64,000 bases of DNA. Source: an uncultured Verrucomicrobiota bacterium. Its GTDB lineage: Bacteria; Verrucomicrobiota; Kiritimatiellia; JAAZAB01. The stretch spans positions 26,468-90,467 of the forward strand of contig CAYXEK010000002.1 in assembly GCA_964463985.1 (NCBI GenBank), written 5' to 3'. Numbering within the stretch: position 1 is the stretch's first letter; the number at the start of each line of letters is the position of its first letter. The translations under genes and the position numbers were made by a program. The notes beneath the pieces were generated by a model, which saw only the letters and a program-made list of their open reading frames with translations, did not search any database and was not told the DNA's origin. This document shows, piece by piece, positions 9,956 through 20,175 of the stretch.

Positions 9956-12904
9956 TCACGGATGCCGTTCTTCCACCATATAATCCGGCATATTGTCAAT
10001 TTTATTGTGCGCCAGCCATAGAATAAGTTTGTATATCATCTCCTCCGGAAGAAGGGTTGTCGATGCGAAAACCACGCGGCCGCTGCCGAACTTGTTAGCC
10101 AGCAGAAACGCCGCCCGCGGGTTATCAGCGAAAGTCAGCAGCGGCACTCCGGTCAGAGGCGCCATTACCGCAGCGGCGCTCCTGGACGCCTGGAAACCTG
10201 CCAGCCATTCATCCGTTTCTTGAGAAATAAATGAAGCCTCCGGTGCGGCCAGTGGTCCAGACGCATTCACGAATTTGACGGCGCCCAGCCAATCGGCAAT
10301 GGTCGTCATATCCGTGCCACCCAGCATGGCTTGCGGCGTATTGCCGATGATGAATAATCCGCCGCCGGACTGCACGAAACTCCGCAACAGGTTGGTTTGA
10401 TCTTCCGTCAGTTTCGCCGGCCCGCCGTAACATACCACGTCGTAGTCCATGATCTCCGGGCCGATATCCTTCAACTGACGGCACAAACCCAAACGCTTGT
10501 CGGCCAGGAACCGTTTCAGGCCCGAATAACCCGGGATTACCGCGATGCGCATATATTCCAAAGGAGCAATGCTTTCCAAGACATTATACCCGGGGCGGAT
10601 GCGCAATTCCTTGCGAATCCGCGCCTGGATCGCGGGCGCCTCGCGCCGCAAGTCTTCGAGTTGCAAGTTATGCGCGGCCACGCTGGTTAAGATTGCCGGT
10701 ATTTTGGCGGCGGCGTCATCCATACGTTTTAAACGCGCCGCCGCAAAATCCTTGTCTTCAGCAGGCGCATCCGCAAGCGCAGCGCGCAATTCCGTTAGAG
10801 CGCCGGCGGCGTTTGTTTCCCCGTTGAAAGCGGCCATGTAATACCCGGCTTCCTGTTCGGCCATTTCCGCCCACGCCAGGCCGCGCGTGTAATCCGTGAT
10901 CTGACTGTCTATTTCGGATTTCCGTCCGGGCGGCAAGTCGGCGGCGGAAAGCGCGGCTTGCAACCCCTGGATCGCCCGGCGGTTGGCCTCCGCCTGCTGC
11001 CGGAACAGTTCCCGCCATTTCCCGTGCAGGGCGGCAGAATCGTTAAATACCCAGACTGGATCCAGCAGCTTCAGCCAACCAGCACCGGGAACGGGGAACA
11101 TCAGGCTATCCTTGAATATCACCGGGCGCAATCCGTCCGCCGCCAATTGTCCCGCCAGCTCGCCATACAGGTTTTTATACACGCGGTCGAAAAACCGGCC
11201 GGGATCGAATATTTCCGGCAAATATGCGACTCCGTAGAAACGCGTGATCGCCGCATAATACGCATCGAATGATTCCGGATCGAGCCAATACCCGCCCGCC
11301 GGCCGCATATTCCAGGCGTACTCCGCCTTCATCAACGTGTCGGCCTGGCCCGACAACATCAAGGTCGAAATTCCGCTGTTCACGCAGGTGAAGATTGGCG
11401 AACAAACCCAGCGGAACTGCACCCGATGGCGTACCGGCCAATTCCGCCATGTTGTCCGCCGGTCTCCGCCATGGATATAGGCCCAGAGTCCGTGTCCTTT
11501 GGCTTCCACGCGCAAGCGCCGGCTTAATTCCTCCAACCGATAGGATTTTCCATCCCGGCGCGGCCCCGCTTCGCGCAGGATAAACTGCACATTATCCACG
11601 AATTTCAGACGCCGGCTCAATTCGACATAAAAAGCGACTTCCTTGTCCCAGCTTTCATCCGACTCTGACCAGCGGGTGTAAGGAGGAACGACCAGGCCTA
11701 CCAGGCAGTCGCGCGCCGCCGCGTATCCGCTGGCATTGCTGACCGCAAAAATCGCTTCCAGAATGGCATTGAGGTCTTCCGCAAAGGCGCCGGCCTGGCC
11801 CCGCCCGGACTCCAAATCGTCCGACGGCCATTTTACCCGGCAATCCTTACAGCGATTCTTCCAGGCGGCCTGGGCGGTGGCATAGGTGTCGTAGTCCTCG
11901 CCATGCAGATAAAGCACGCCAGGTTCCGTTCTGGTGACAAAGTCTTTTAAACGCCAGGCTTTCAAACGGCGGAGTTCCAGGTTGCTCTGGCAATACCCGC
12001 GTGTTTTATCCGCGTCATTAACCGTTCCGATACACTCGTATACCTCGCCCTCGGGATAAGTCCGGCGGTTTTGCAGGCCCATATCCAGCAGGCCGGGCAT
12101 GACCAGCGGGCGGACCCCCAGCGCGCGGCCGCGCCGGTTTTCCAACAGGTAATTGGCATCCGACTTAGCCGACATCACAGACTCTTTGGTCATCCAGACA
12201 AACGGCGCTATCGTGGCCTTGACCGAGATTGCCGCATCGATGGGAAAATTTTTCCAGGCTGCCGGGAAAATCAAGCGTTCCTCGAAATCCGGATAATCGC
12301 GGATATCGGCCAGGGCAAGTTCCCATCCGTCCGGAACTTTGCGAATCATCTGGGAAAGCGTTGCCGCGGCATACAAGGTCCCCTGATCGCCCTTGCCTGA
12401 CAGAACGATCAGCGATCTCGGGCTGTTGCGATTCTGCAGGCAGCGGATCACGTAAGCCTGACCGCTGGCCTGGTTCCGCAGGAACGCGATATCGTCAGCC
12501 ATCCGGTCATGGTTGGCAACGATCAAAGGGTGGCGGAAGGAATTGCCGATGACGATGAGATCGCATTCGGCCCGGACGGCGTCGGACAGCGCCCCGGCGT
12601 TGGTCGCCGGCAGGCCGGGCAGGTGGTATAAATCGCGCAGGCGCCGATTGAGGTAGTCCGCGGCGGCAACCTCCTTCCCGGCGGGCGCATCATCCAAAAC
12701 GATCATGATGCCGGCATTTTCCCCGCCCAGGATCAAGCCGCCATCAACATGCGCGGCCTGTTTCGGCGTGGGCATTACATTTAACACCGCCGCCGGAATA
12801 TCCGCCACGGAAGCCTGGATTTCAAGGCCGGCCGCCCCCTGAAGCGCGGCGGCGCCAAATGCCAGCAAGGCCGGCAACCATATCTTTTGAATCATTCCGG
12901 TCAT
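9956..12904 (-). CDS. Large secreted glycoside-hydrolase-like protein (GH20b/DUF4838-like N-terminal domain plus a ThuA/GATase1-like C-terminal domain)
   Basis: 982-aa ORF with a signal peptide (MIQKIWLPALLAFGAAALQGAAG). GTLYAAATLSQM...IRDYPDFEERLIF resembles the hexosaminidase N-domain motif. C-terminal VVCYGG...LLRSFVQSGGGLFIIG resembles a class-I amidotransferase-like fold. Confidence 0.45.
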   Translation of the reverse strand: MTGMIQKIWLPALLAFGAAALQGAAGLEIQASVADIPAAVLNVMPTPKQAAHVDGGLILGGENAGIMIVLDDAPAGKEVAAADYLNRRLRDLYHLPGLPATNAGALSDAVRAECDLIVIGNSFRHPLIVANHDRMADDIAFLRNQASGQAYVIRCLQNRNSPRSLIVLSGKGDQGTLYAAATLSQMIRKVPDGWELALADIRDYPDFEERLIFPAAWKNFPIDAAISVKATIAPFVWMTKESVMSAKSDANYLLENRRGRALGVRPLVMPGLLDMGLQNRRTYPEGEVYECIGTVNDADKTRGYCQSNLELRRLKAWRLKDFVTRTEPGVLYLHGEDYDTYATAQAAWKNRCKDCRVKWPSDDLESGRGQAGAFAEDLNAILEAIFAVSNASGYAAARDCLVGLVVPPYTRWSESDESWDKEVAFYVELSRRLKFVDNVQFILREAGPRRDGKSYRLEELSRRLRVEAKGHGLWAYIHGGDRRTTWRNWPVRHRVQFRWVCSPIFTCVNSGISTLMLSGQADTLMKAEYAWNMRPAGGYWLDPESFDAYYAAITRFYGVAYLPEIFDPGRFFDRVYKNLYGELAGQLAADGLRPVIFKDSLMFPVPGAGWLKLLDPVWVFNDSAALHGKWRELFRQQAEANRRAIQGLQAALSAADLPPGRKSEIDSQITDYTRGLAWAEMAEQEAGYYMAAFNGETNAAGALTELRAALADAPAEDKDFAAARLKRMDDAAAKIPAILTSVAAHNLQLEDLRREAPAIQARIRKELRIRPGYNVLESIAPLEYMRIAVIPGYSGLKRFLADKRLGLCRQLKDIGPEIMDYDVVCYGGPAKLTEDQTNLLRSFVQSGGGLFIIGNTPQAMLGGTDMTTIADWLGAVKFVNASGPLAAPEASFISQETDEWLAGFQASRSAAAVMAPLTGVPLLTFADNPRAAFLLANKFGSGRVVFASTTLLPEEMIYKLILWLAHNKIDNMPDYMVEERHP

Positions 12905-12935
12905 TCCCCCCTGGATTTTGCATGGTCAAACGGAT

Positions 12936-14645
12936 TTACCTGATGCTGAAGAAACTGCCGGAATACCAGCGCTCGTAGGCGCCCATATCCACCCGGCGGC
13001 CGTAACCGAAAACGCGTGGATTAGCGTCCATGTCCAACGCATCGGGGGCCAGCATCCAATCCAGCGTCAAGCCGCGGTCAATGCACGGGGAACCGGCGGC
13101 CAGCCGGTAATTGCATCCATCTATATCCACAAATAGCGGATCGGACTCGATGTTGCCGCCGCCGAACGATGCCAGCGACGGGGTGGAGCAGCAATTGGAA
13201 AATACCGGAACGCTGCCGGTATAAATCGCCCAATTATTGCTGATGCCGCCGCCCGTGTGATTTAACTCGATGATGTCATTCATACAAAAGACTTCTCCCG
13301 GGCCGAGTCCCTGATCTTTGCCGACAAACAGCCCGGCGCCCATCGAATCCCCGCGGGTGGTGTAATTGCTGACGATGGTGCAATTTTCCACCACGCCGTT
13401 GGTGCTGATGCTGACGCCCGCTCCGCGCCGGGCACACTTATTCCACGCGATCAAACAACTGCGGACAACACTGGGCACCGTGTCTTCATGCACATCGGAG
13501 GTGTAAAGAGAAATTCCGCCGCCCACATTCAGCGCAAAATTACTGACAACCAGGCAGCGGTCAATCAGCGCCGATGATGTCAATAAACCGGACTGGTAAG
13601 TCTGAATTCCACCGCCGATCAAAGCCGAATAATTGCCGATAATCCGGCAATCGCGGACAACCGGATCGCTCCTATACATATATATTCCCCCTCCGCCGTA
13701 GGAATAAGAAGCACTATATAAAGATTGATTCGTGATGATATCGCAGTCTTCCATTAAACCTGAAACATATCGTATTGATATTCCGCCGCCATACCCCTGC
13801 GCCACATTGGAGACAATCGAACACCGGCTTGCCGCAAGGTCAACATACACCAAGTACATACCCCCGCCGCTGTATGAGCCAACGGTAGACTTGTTGCCAA
13901 TGAAATCGGCATCCTGAATGTTCAAAGCAACCCTGTCGCCGCCATTCACGCCAGCTTGCAATCCGCCGCCGGAATAGGCCGCGGTGTTATTCCGGATGGC
14001 GCACGCCAGGATGTCGCATGCGGCGCCCTGATCAACACAAATTCCGCCCCCGTAGTTGCCAGCACTGTTCTGCGCGAATTCGCAATTTGCCAGCAAGCCG
14101 GTGGTGGATGGCGCAACATACAGGCCGCCGCCGTTGGTTTGCGCATTGTTGCCGGTCAGCAGGCAATTGGTGAGAACGCCGCCGCCGGCCAGATAGATTC
14201 CGGCGCCGGAGCCGTTCACCGCGCCGTTGGTGACGGTGAATCCGTCCAGCACTACACCGGAATCTTCAATGTAAAAGCAGCGCGTAACGCCGCCGCCATT
14301 GATGATCGTCCCATCCCGCTCCGTAACACCGTTGTTCCAGCTCCGTAAAACGACGGGGATAGCCACGGCGATTTGCCCAGTGAGCGCATACGTGCCGTTG
14401 GACACCAGGATGGTGTCGCAGGCGGGGTTGGTGGCTGCCGCATTGACCGCATCCTGGATATTGGTTGCGGCTTTGGACCAATCGTCATAAGGGTCCTGCG
14501 GTACGGCGTCCGGGGTGCCGGGCGGCACGACATAACAATTCGCCGCCCGCGCCATCAACGGCAACATGCCTCCGGCGATCAAAGCCCCCACCAGCCATCG
14601 TCCTGCAACCCACCGACACAGCCATCCCAGCGTTTTACCGTTCAT
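12936..14645 (-). CDS. Secreted right-handed parallel beta-helix repeat protein (paralog P2)
   Basis: 569-aa ORF with a signal peptide. NCYVVPPGTPDAVP...AATNIQDAVNAA block, many GGG-containing beta-helix turns, and C-terminal DMDANPRV...RRVDMGAYE. Confidence 0.7.
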   Translation of the reverse strand: MNGKTLGWLCRWVAGRWLVGALIAGGMLPLMARAANCYVVPPGTPDAVPQDPYDDWSKAATNIQDAVNAAATNPACDTILVSNGTYALTGQIAVAIPVVLRSWNNGVTERDGTIINGGGVTRCFYIEDSGVVLDGFTVTNGAVNGSGAGIYLAGGGVLTNCLLTGNNAQTNGGGLYVAPSTTGLLANCEFAQNSAGNYGGGICVDQGAACDILACAIRNNTAAYSGGGLQAGVNGGDRVALNIQDADFIGNKSTVGSYSGGGMYLVYVDLAASRCSIVSNVAQGYGGGISIRYVSGLMEDCDIITNQSLYSASYSYGGGGIYMYRSDPVVRDCRIIGNYSALIGGGIQTYQSGLLTSSALIDRCLVVSNFALNVGGGISLYTSDVHEDTVPSVVRSCLIAWNKCARRGAGVSISTNGVVENCTIVSNYTTRGDSMGAGLFVGKDQGLGPGEVFCMNDIIELNHTGGGISNNWAIYTGSVPVFSNCCSTPSLASFGGGNIESDPLFVDIDGCNYRLAAGSPCIDRGLTLDWMLAPDALDMDANPRVFGYGRRVDMGAYERWYSGSFFSIR

Positions 14646-14690
14646 GGCGCCTCCTCCTGTTGTTTGTGTTTTTCACGAAAATGAAGCGTT

Positions 14691-15770
14691 CTACCAGTCC
14701 AGCTTTATTGTTTCATACCGGTTCCGGCAGGGATAGCCCCAGTTAAAATGCATGATGCTGCGCTCCACTCCGGGCTGGATGACCCAGGCGTAAATTGTGT
14801 TCAACCCTTGGGGAATATGCTGGCACACATGGTGCTCACCGTCATGATCCGCCAGCGCGCGTTGGGCCAGCGCCACCGTGCGCTGTTCCGGCGCAACCCG
14901 GCCTACCTGGACACATAAATGGTCATAACGCGCCCGGGAATTTTCAAGGATTGCCCGCACGGCATCGGACGGCGGTATTTTCCCCGTAATGGAATGATTG
15001 GTGCAAGCCAGGAACCCCGTGTCATCCGGGCGGCGGATCGCCAGCAATCCCGGCGCATATTCGAGCACTGCCGCGCCGCCGGCCGCGTCCAGCAGCGCAA
15101 GATTGGCGCCCTTGCCGGTCAAGCCCGCTTCTTCCGCCAGGCGGCAGCATTCGTCCGTTGTTTTCATAGTGGCAAGCATAACCGGCATGGCGTTGGCCAA
15201 TCCCCTGCGCGCGGGCGGCGCGGACGAGCTGGAACTTGATCCGCCGACCGCCAGTCCCGCGGAATTAACGCCGACGCCTCCCATCAGCCCCAGGTATCCG
15301 GTGCAGGCATAGGACAATCCGTCGTCCGCCAGATGCACGCTCAACACCTGCCATTCGCGCTCAGCCTCGCTCAGATCGCAAGTGCGCGCCAGCCATGGAC
15401 CGTCCGGCCCGCGGGTAGTCAGCACATTGGAACAGCCGGTCTTCAAAAGCGGCCGGATATCGTTATGAAACGCCAGGATTCGGCAGGTGTCATAATCCAT
15501 GCCGGAACCGTCCGCACGGCCTTTGATTTCCTCAAATAAAAGCGGATAGTGTTGGTGAACGTTTTTTTCTGTTTCCTCCAGGATGGCTCGATATTCCGCA
15601 GTCAACACCTCCGCGGCCGGTTTTTTCACAAACCAGTCGTAAAACGCCGGTAAATATTTTTTGAATGCTTCGCCGTATTGATATCCGCGCTGGTAGGCAT
15701 TGCCCTTCAGCACTATCCGCGGACATTGTTCAAGATTTGCCGGAACCTTTTGCGTCAATTTGCTATTCAT
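14691..15770 (-). CDS. C45-family Ntn amidohydrolase/acyltransferase, paralog 2
   Basis: 359-aa ORF. About 160 central residues are 100% identical, at the nucleotide level too, to the paralog at 7119-8228. The flanks are roughly 75% identical. Confidence 0.5.
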   Translation of the reverse strand: MNSKLTQKVPANLEQCPRIVLKGNAYQRGYQYGEAFKKYLPAFYDWFVKKPAAEVLTAEYRAILEETEKNVHQHYPLLFEEIKGRADGSGMDYDTCRILAFHNDIRPLLKTGCSNVLTTRGPDGPWLARTCDLSEAEREWQVLSVHLADDGLSYACTGYLGLMGGVGVNSAGLAVGGSSSSSSAPPARRGLANAMPVMLATMKTTDECCRLAEEAGLTGKGANLALLDAAGGAAVLEYAPGLLAIRRPDDTGFLACTNHSITGKIPPSDAVRAILENSRARYDHLCVQVGRVAPEQRTVALAQRALADHDGEHHVCQHIPQGLNTIYAWVIQPGVERSIMHFNWGYPCRNRYETIKLDW

Positions 15771-15810
15771 TATTATTTACCTGTAAATTTAAGCGCTTCA
15801 GCCGGCCTAA

Positions 15811-17916
15811 TCAGCGCAGCTCAAAAGCATAAACCCTCATGCAATCAGCCGGAGTCAACGCCACATTCAGGACTACCCGGCCGCCTTCCAGCGTTAAATC
15901 GCGCACCGGGCGATTGGAAACCAATTCCCGCACACTGCGGCATTGTTTGCCCTCCGGCAGAATCGCTTCCAACTCGAAGCGCATGAACTCCCGGAAATAC
16001 GTGGCAATCGTCGCCAGATATAGATACTCGCCGGCGCACGGCATGAACTCCGCGGTGGGAAACAACCTGGGATCCACAGGACGCAGCTTGAACATCGGGA
16101 TATCGGCCGTGAAATGATTGATGCGCAACGGCAGGTGCCCTCCGGCATGCTGCATGATCAGATTCCCAAGCGCATATCCGATGAAATTCAGGACCGATAA
16201 CCTGGTTTCCGGACAGTAAAAATTGCGGCCGGGCAATCCGGCGACAAAAATCGCCCGGCCGGCGCCCAGGACGCGCCGGGTAATGGCCGGGCCGGGAATA
16301 TCATCCCGCCAACGCGCGATAACGTCGGCCTCCGCGGAGGCTGCAATCCTTACCGCCTGATCCAGGCCCAGCGCGGGAAAGTATGCCCCGCCGCTGTAAG
16401 CGCCGGTAACTTCATCCGGCCAGGGCAAACCGGCAAAAGCGGGCTGCTCGCCCGCGGGCTCCACCCGGCGGCTGACATTCAATAATTCCAAGCCGCGCAC
16501 GCCGAACACATCCTCCAGCCATGCGCCGTTGCCGGCCGGCCTGCCGCCGGCATCGCGGGTCGCGGTTTCCCCGAACGCAATCAGGATGCCGCCTTGTTCT
16601 ACGTAATCGCGCAATGCAGCGCGCGTTGCATCGCCCATGCAGGTTACCAGGGGTAGAATCATCACCGGGAAACGCCGGCGATTGCGCTGATCCAGGCGCG
16701 CCGACGGCACGTAAGTGTACGGCAGGGCCCCGTGACGCAGCATTTCGGTTACAGGGAGCAGGCAATTCACCATCCAGGATTTATCACCGGCGCCATCCAG
16801 GTGAAAGCATTGAGTTTCCAAACTGCTGACCACGCCGATGAAATCGCACGGCTGAACCCGGTTGAAATAACGGTCCAGCTTGAACGATTTTTCGTATGTT
16901 TTTTGCATGGGCGAGATGCGCTGCAAGGCATAGGTATACGCCGTGACGGCGTTGATTCCCAGGGCCGCGGGCACGATGCCGGCCCACCAGCCGTCGCGCT
17001 CATCCAGCGGACGCGTGAAAGTCCCGTGCGAGAAACCCTGTGCGCAGATTTCCGCCTGCCGCTCATTGCCGCAAGCGCCGGCCAGAATCCGGCAGCATTC
17101 GCTCAGGTAAACTTCCCGGGGACGGAAATAACGCGCCAGATTTTCATGGAAAGTGTAATAGGGATCGGTCATGATGCCGTCAATGCCATCCGCCATGGAC
17201 GCCAGATCCACCCCGGTGATCCAGGGCGGATTGCCCACGCAACAGGCAGGGGATGTTAAAAACACCGCGCGCACCGCATGATCACGGCAAAGGACGAGTT
17301 TCATTTCGGCATGCACGGCATTCCAGCGCCGGAACCGCCAGGTGACGAAGCGTGCTTTTTCAGCCGGATCGCGGAATGGCGGACGCGGAATCTTGCCGCC
17401 GAATTCATCCGCCCATGCTCCGGCGCAGACCGGACAATAACAGGCCAGTTTGTCCGGCCCGAACCCGAGGTAAGCCTCATCGTTGACCCAGACTTCCGTC
17501 ATGTTGGGGATGGCGCCGAGTGCGGCCAGGAATTTAAAATAACGTTCCTGGAAACCGGGATTGAACGGGCAACCCCAGAACACGCTCACCTTGTCCTGGT
17601 CCACCGACTCCGCATCCGTATTGGTGCGGACGGCCTGCTCGGGATGGTCTTTCAGCCAGTCCTGCTGGTATTTCATGAATCCGGTGAAGGCCATGACTTC
17701 CAGGCCATGGCGCGCCGCTTCGGCAGCCAGTTCCGTTAAAAACTGTTCCTGGCCGATCCGCGCGGCGAAGGCCGCAGCGGCATATCCCTTGGCGGCGACT
17801 TCCGGAATCAATTCCAGGAGTTTGGCCGGACGATTCGCATACTCCTGCAGAAAAGCAATACGCTTGATTTTACGGCGGATTTTCATGGCCATGAACTCAT
17901 CGCCCGCGCACATCAA
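15811..17916 (-). CDS. GH42-like glycoside hydrolase (beta-galactosidase family 42-like)
   Basis: 701-aa ORF. CYCPVC (a CxCxxC zinc motif as in GH42). VMILPLVTCMGDATRAALRDYVEQGGILIAFG resembles the GH42 trimerisation / GATase1-like domain. The more likely start is the internal MAMKIRR. Confidence 0.45.
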   Translation of the reverse strand: MMCAGDEFMAMKIRRKIKRIAFLQEYANRPAKLLELIPEVAAKGYAAAAFAARIGQEQFLTELAAEAARHGLEVMAFTGFMKYQQDWLKDHPEQAVRTNTDAESVDQDKVSVFWGCPFNPGFQERYFKFLAALGAIPNMTEVWVNDEAYLGFGPDKLACYCPVCAGAWADEFGGKIPRPPFRDPAEKARFVTWRFRRWNAVHAEMKLVLCRDHAVRAVFLTSPACCVGNPPWITGVDLASMADGIDGIMTDPYYTFHENLARYFRPREVYLSECCRILAGACGNERQAEICAQGFSHGTFTRPLDERDGWWAGIVPAALGINAVTAYTYALQRISPMQKTYEKSFKLDRYFNRVQPCDFIGVVSSLETQCFHLDGAGDKSWMVNCLLPVTEMLRHGALPYTYVPSARLDQRNRRRFPVMILPLVTCMGDATRAALRDYVEQGGILIAFGETATRDAGGRPAGNGAWLEDVFGVRGLELLNVSRRVEPAGEQPAFAGLPWPDEVTGAYSGGAYFPALGLDQAVRIAASAEADVIARWRDDIPGPAITRRVLGAGRAIFVAGLPGRNFYCPETRLSVLNFIGYALGNLIMQHAGGHLPLRINHFTADIPMFKLRPVDPRLFPTAEFMPCAGEYLYLATIATYFREFMRFELEAILPEGKQCRSVRELVSNRPVRDLTLEGGRVVLNVALTPADCMRVYAFELR

Positions 17917-18784
17917 GTTTCAGCGATATCGGGCTGCGCGGCCTCGGAACGGCGGCGCGGAAAACCCTGGCAATCCGGCCGGCGGTGGCGGGGATCAACC
18001 GGCATTGTCGGTCGGCCAGGATTTTTTTTACATGGGCGATCATTTTTTCCAGCGTCTCGCGCCGGAAATTACGCGGATCGCTGAAGTCATAGGTGTTGTG
18101 GGTGCAGATTTCAATGTACTTTACCGGCGGCTGCTCGCGCAATTGCCGATCCACTGCCTTGGCGATGGTGTACCAGTGATTCTTGGCGTCCACCAGTTCC
18201 ACCCGCAAATCCTGCGGATGCTTCCCGCCCCACATGCGCGAATCCGGATCCACCGTGTTGGGCAATTCCACGAAATCCAGCCACCCGCTCAACAGGCGAT
18301 TGCAAGGATGAACATAATGGGCGTCCAGCGGCGCGCCGGCCCAGACGGAAGCGCATTCAGGCAAAACGCGGGTCGGGATGGAACATTTCCCATGGGTAAA
18401 CCCCAACTCCGCCAGGATCGGATACGTGTAATCATTGGCCGATGCGTATCCCAGGCACACGCTTTCCGGCGGACGCCCCATGAACCGGGCAAATTGTTGG
18501 CTGGCTTTCCGCAGCACCGCGCGCTGTTCTTTGGGCCCCAGCACTCCCAAAAATTCTTCCGAGCCCAAATCCGCCGGGTGAACATGCAAACCGATTTCAA
18601 AGCCGAGCTTTGCCGCGTCTTGATACACCCCTGGATCGGCCGCAAGATCGCCGGGAATGACATAAAAAGTCCCGGCCAGGTTTTCGCGCCGGATGACCTC
18701 CACCAGCCCCCTTACCGCGCGCGCACCCAAAGCGGGGTCATTCACTGCGTGGGCGGTCGCCTCGCAATCGGCGCTGACGGACAC
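17897..18784 (-). CDS. Polysaccharide deacetylase-like (CE4 / NodB-homology) protein
   Basis: 295-aa ORF with HVHPADLG and RFMGRPPESVCLGY (an RPP.G-like CE4 motif). Assignment is tentative. Confidence 0.4.
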   Translation of the reverse strand: MSVSADCEATAHAVNDPALGARAVRGLVEVIRRENLAGTFYVIPGDLAADPGVYQDAAKLGFEIGLHVHPADLGSEEFLGVLGPKEQRAVLRKASQQFARFMGRPPESVCLGYASANDYTYPILAELGFTHGKCSIPTRVLPECASVWAGAPLDAHYVHPCNRLLSGWLDFVELPNTVDPDSRMWGGKHPQDLRVELVDAKNHWYTIAKAVDRQLREQPPVKYIEICTHNTYDFSDPRNFRRETLEKMIAHVKKILADRQCRLIPATAGRIARVFRAAVPRPRSPISLKLDVRGR

Positions 18785-18894
18785 ATAAAAATCCCGGTTG
18801 ATTTTATTACGATTATTTATAAGTTTACCTTCAAAATTTATTTTGTGATTTTTTGTGCCTTTTGTGGCCAGTTTAAAATCTACTTCGTATCAGG

Positions 18895-20052
18895 TCACAA
18901 TCTTATTTCCCACAGATACCCGCTGCGATAGGGATTGTCGTTTTCGCCGGCATATATGACGCCGTCCGGCGTTATCGCCACGTCATGCACCTGCCAGCAG
19001 ACATCGTCCCCGGCGCGCACTTCGCCCAGCATTTCGTATTTTTCGGAACGCGGATCGAATTTTATTACCTGGCAGGCGCCGTCCCGGCCCGTCACGCCAT
19101 ATGCCATCCCGTCCGGAGCGGAGCGCAAGGACGCCAGCCGGCTGCGCCGATCCGTGATCGGGGTTCCGATCAACTTGCCCATGCCGGTATCCGGATCAAC
19201 ACGGTAGATGGAACCATTGCCGCCGCTGGCGAACAGTTTGCCATGCCCCAGATTAAAAATCCCTTCCACCTTGACAAAGCCATGGGCGCCGTCCGGACGC
19301 GGCAGACCGGCGTTGAAATATATGATTTTATCCTGCCGGACGTCATACCGGCAAAGCCGGTGCGAGTCAACGCCGGGCTGCATTTGCCAGGCGCGGGTAA
19401 CAGACCAGCCGCTCCACGCATTGCCTTCGTCATCCAGCTCAATGTTTTCCCCCTGCCCCATGGCCATGCCGCTGCCGATCGGCCCGAGATCCCGCGACTC
19501 GCCCGTTGCCAGGTTATAGGCAAACATGCGTTCAGGGGTAAAAGTGTTGCCGCAAATCACGTTGCGTTTCTGATCCAGACAGATGGCCTGGATGTAATGG
19601 TGCGGCAGGGGAATGGCCAGTTTTTGAATATCGCCGTTGGCGGGATCGTAGCGCACAAGCGAGCCGCCCGGAGCCTCCCAGTAACGGTCAATATCGTGCA
19701 GCAACGCCGTGGCGGCATACAAACAACCATCCGCCGCGCGCAATTCGAGCGATCGGTGGAATTTGGCGTCAAACGGATTGCGGATGCGCGCATAGCCGCA
19801 ATCAACGAACCTGTCTCCAGCGCGGTCGTAGGCGTAAAAGATATCCGCCGCAAAGGAAGTGATGCCGCAATACACCCGGTCGGTTGCCGGAACATGGCGG
19901 CAGCAGTCGAAACTGATCCAGCCTTTGCGCCATTTTTCGTTTTTGATAAAATCGTCATAGTTCCAGCGATCCAGAATCTCGCTGTTCCACTGATCGCCGA
20001 ACCTTTCATCCAGTAATTTCAATGCTCTTGTTTGCATTGCATTCCACCTCAT
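18895..20052 (-). CDS. Hypothetical beta-propeller protein
   Basis: 385-aa ORF with repeated D/G-rich strand motifs (YRVDPDTG, VIYAGEND, ITPDGVIY) suggesting a WD40/NHL-like propeller. No catalytic motif recognised. Confidence 0.4.
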   Translation of the reverse strand: MRWNAMQTRALKLLDERFGDQWNSEILDRWNYDDFIKNEKWRKGWISFDCCRHVPATDRVYCGITSFAADIFYAYDRAGDRFVDCGYARIRNPFDAKFHRSLELRAADGCLYAATALLHDIDRYWEAPGGSLVRYDPANGDIQKLAIPLPHHYIQAICLDQKRNVICGNTFTPERMFAYNLATGESRDLGPIGSGMAMGQGENIELDDEGNAWSGWSVTRAWQMQPGVDSHRLCRYDVRQDKIIYFNAGLPRPDGAHGFVKVEGIFNLGHGKLFASGGNGSIYRVDPDTGMGKLIGTPITDRRSRLASLRSAPDGMAYGVTGRDGACQVIKFDPRSEKYEMLGEVRAGDDVCWQVHDVAITPDGVIYAGENDNPYRSGYLWEIRL

Positions 20053-20070
20053 TGCTTCATTGGGAATTAA

Positions 20071-20175
20071 TTATCCGCAAAAGAACTCAAAGATCACAAA
20101 GACAGAATTGGTTTCTTTGTGCTCCTTGCGTTCTTTCGTGGTGATTCGTTTTCATCTTCTCGATCCAGATCCTCG
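20071..20175. repeat. REP-like intercistronic repeat, diverged single copy (same family as 22438-22681), containing the hairpin CACAAAGA-N11-TCTTTGTG
   Basis: TTATCCGCAAAAGAACTCAAAGATCACAAAGACAGAATTGGTTTCTTTGTGCTCCTTGCGTTCTTTCGTGGTGATTCG aligns at about 75% identity to the 122-bp unit at 22.4 kb. It overlaps the last ~25 codons of the CDS 20094-21404. Confidence 0.6.
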
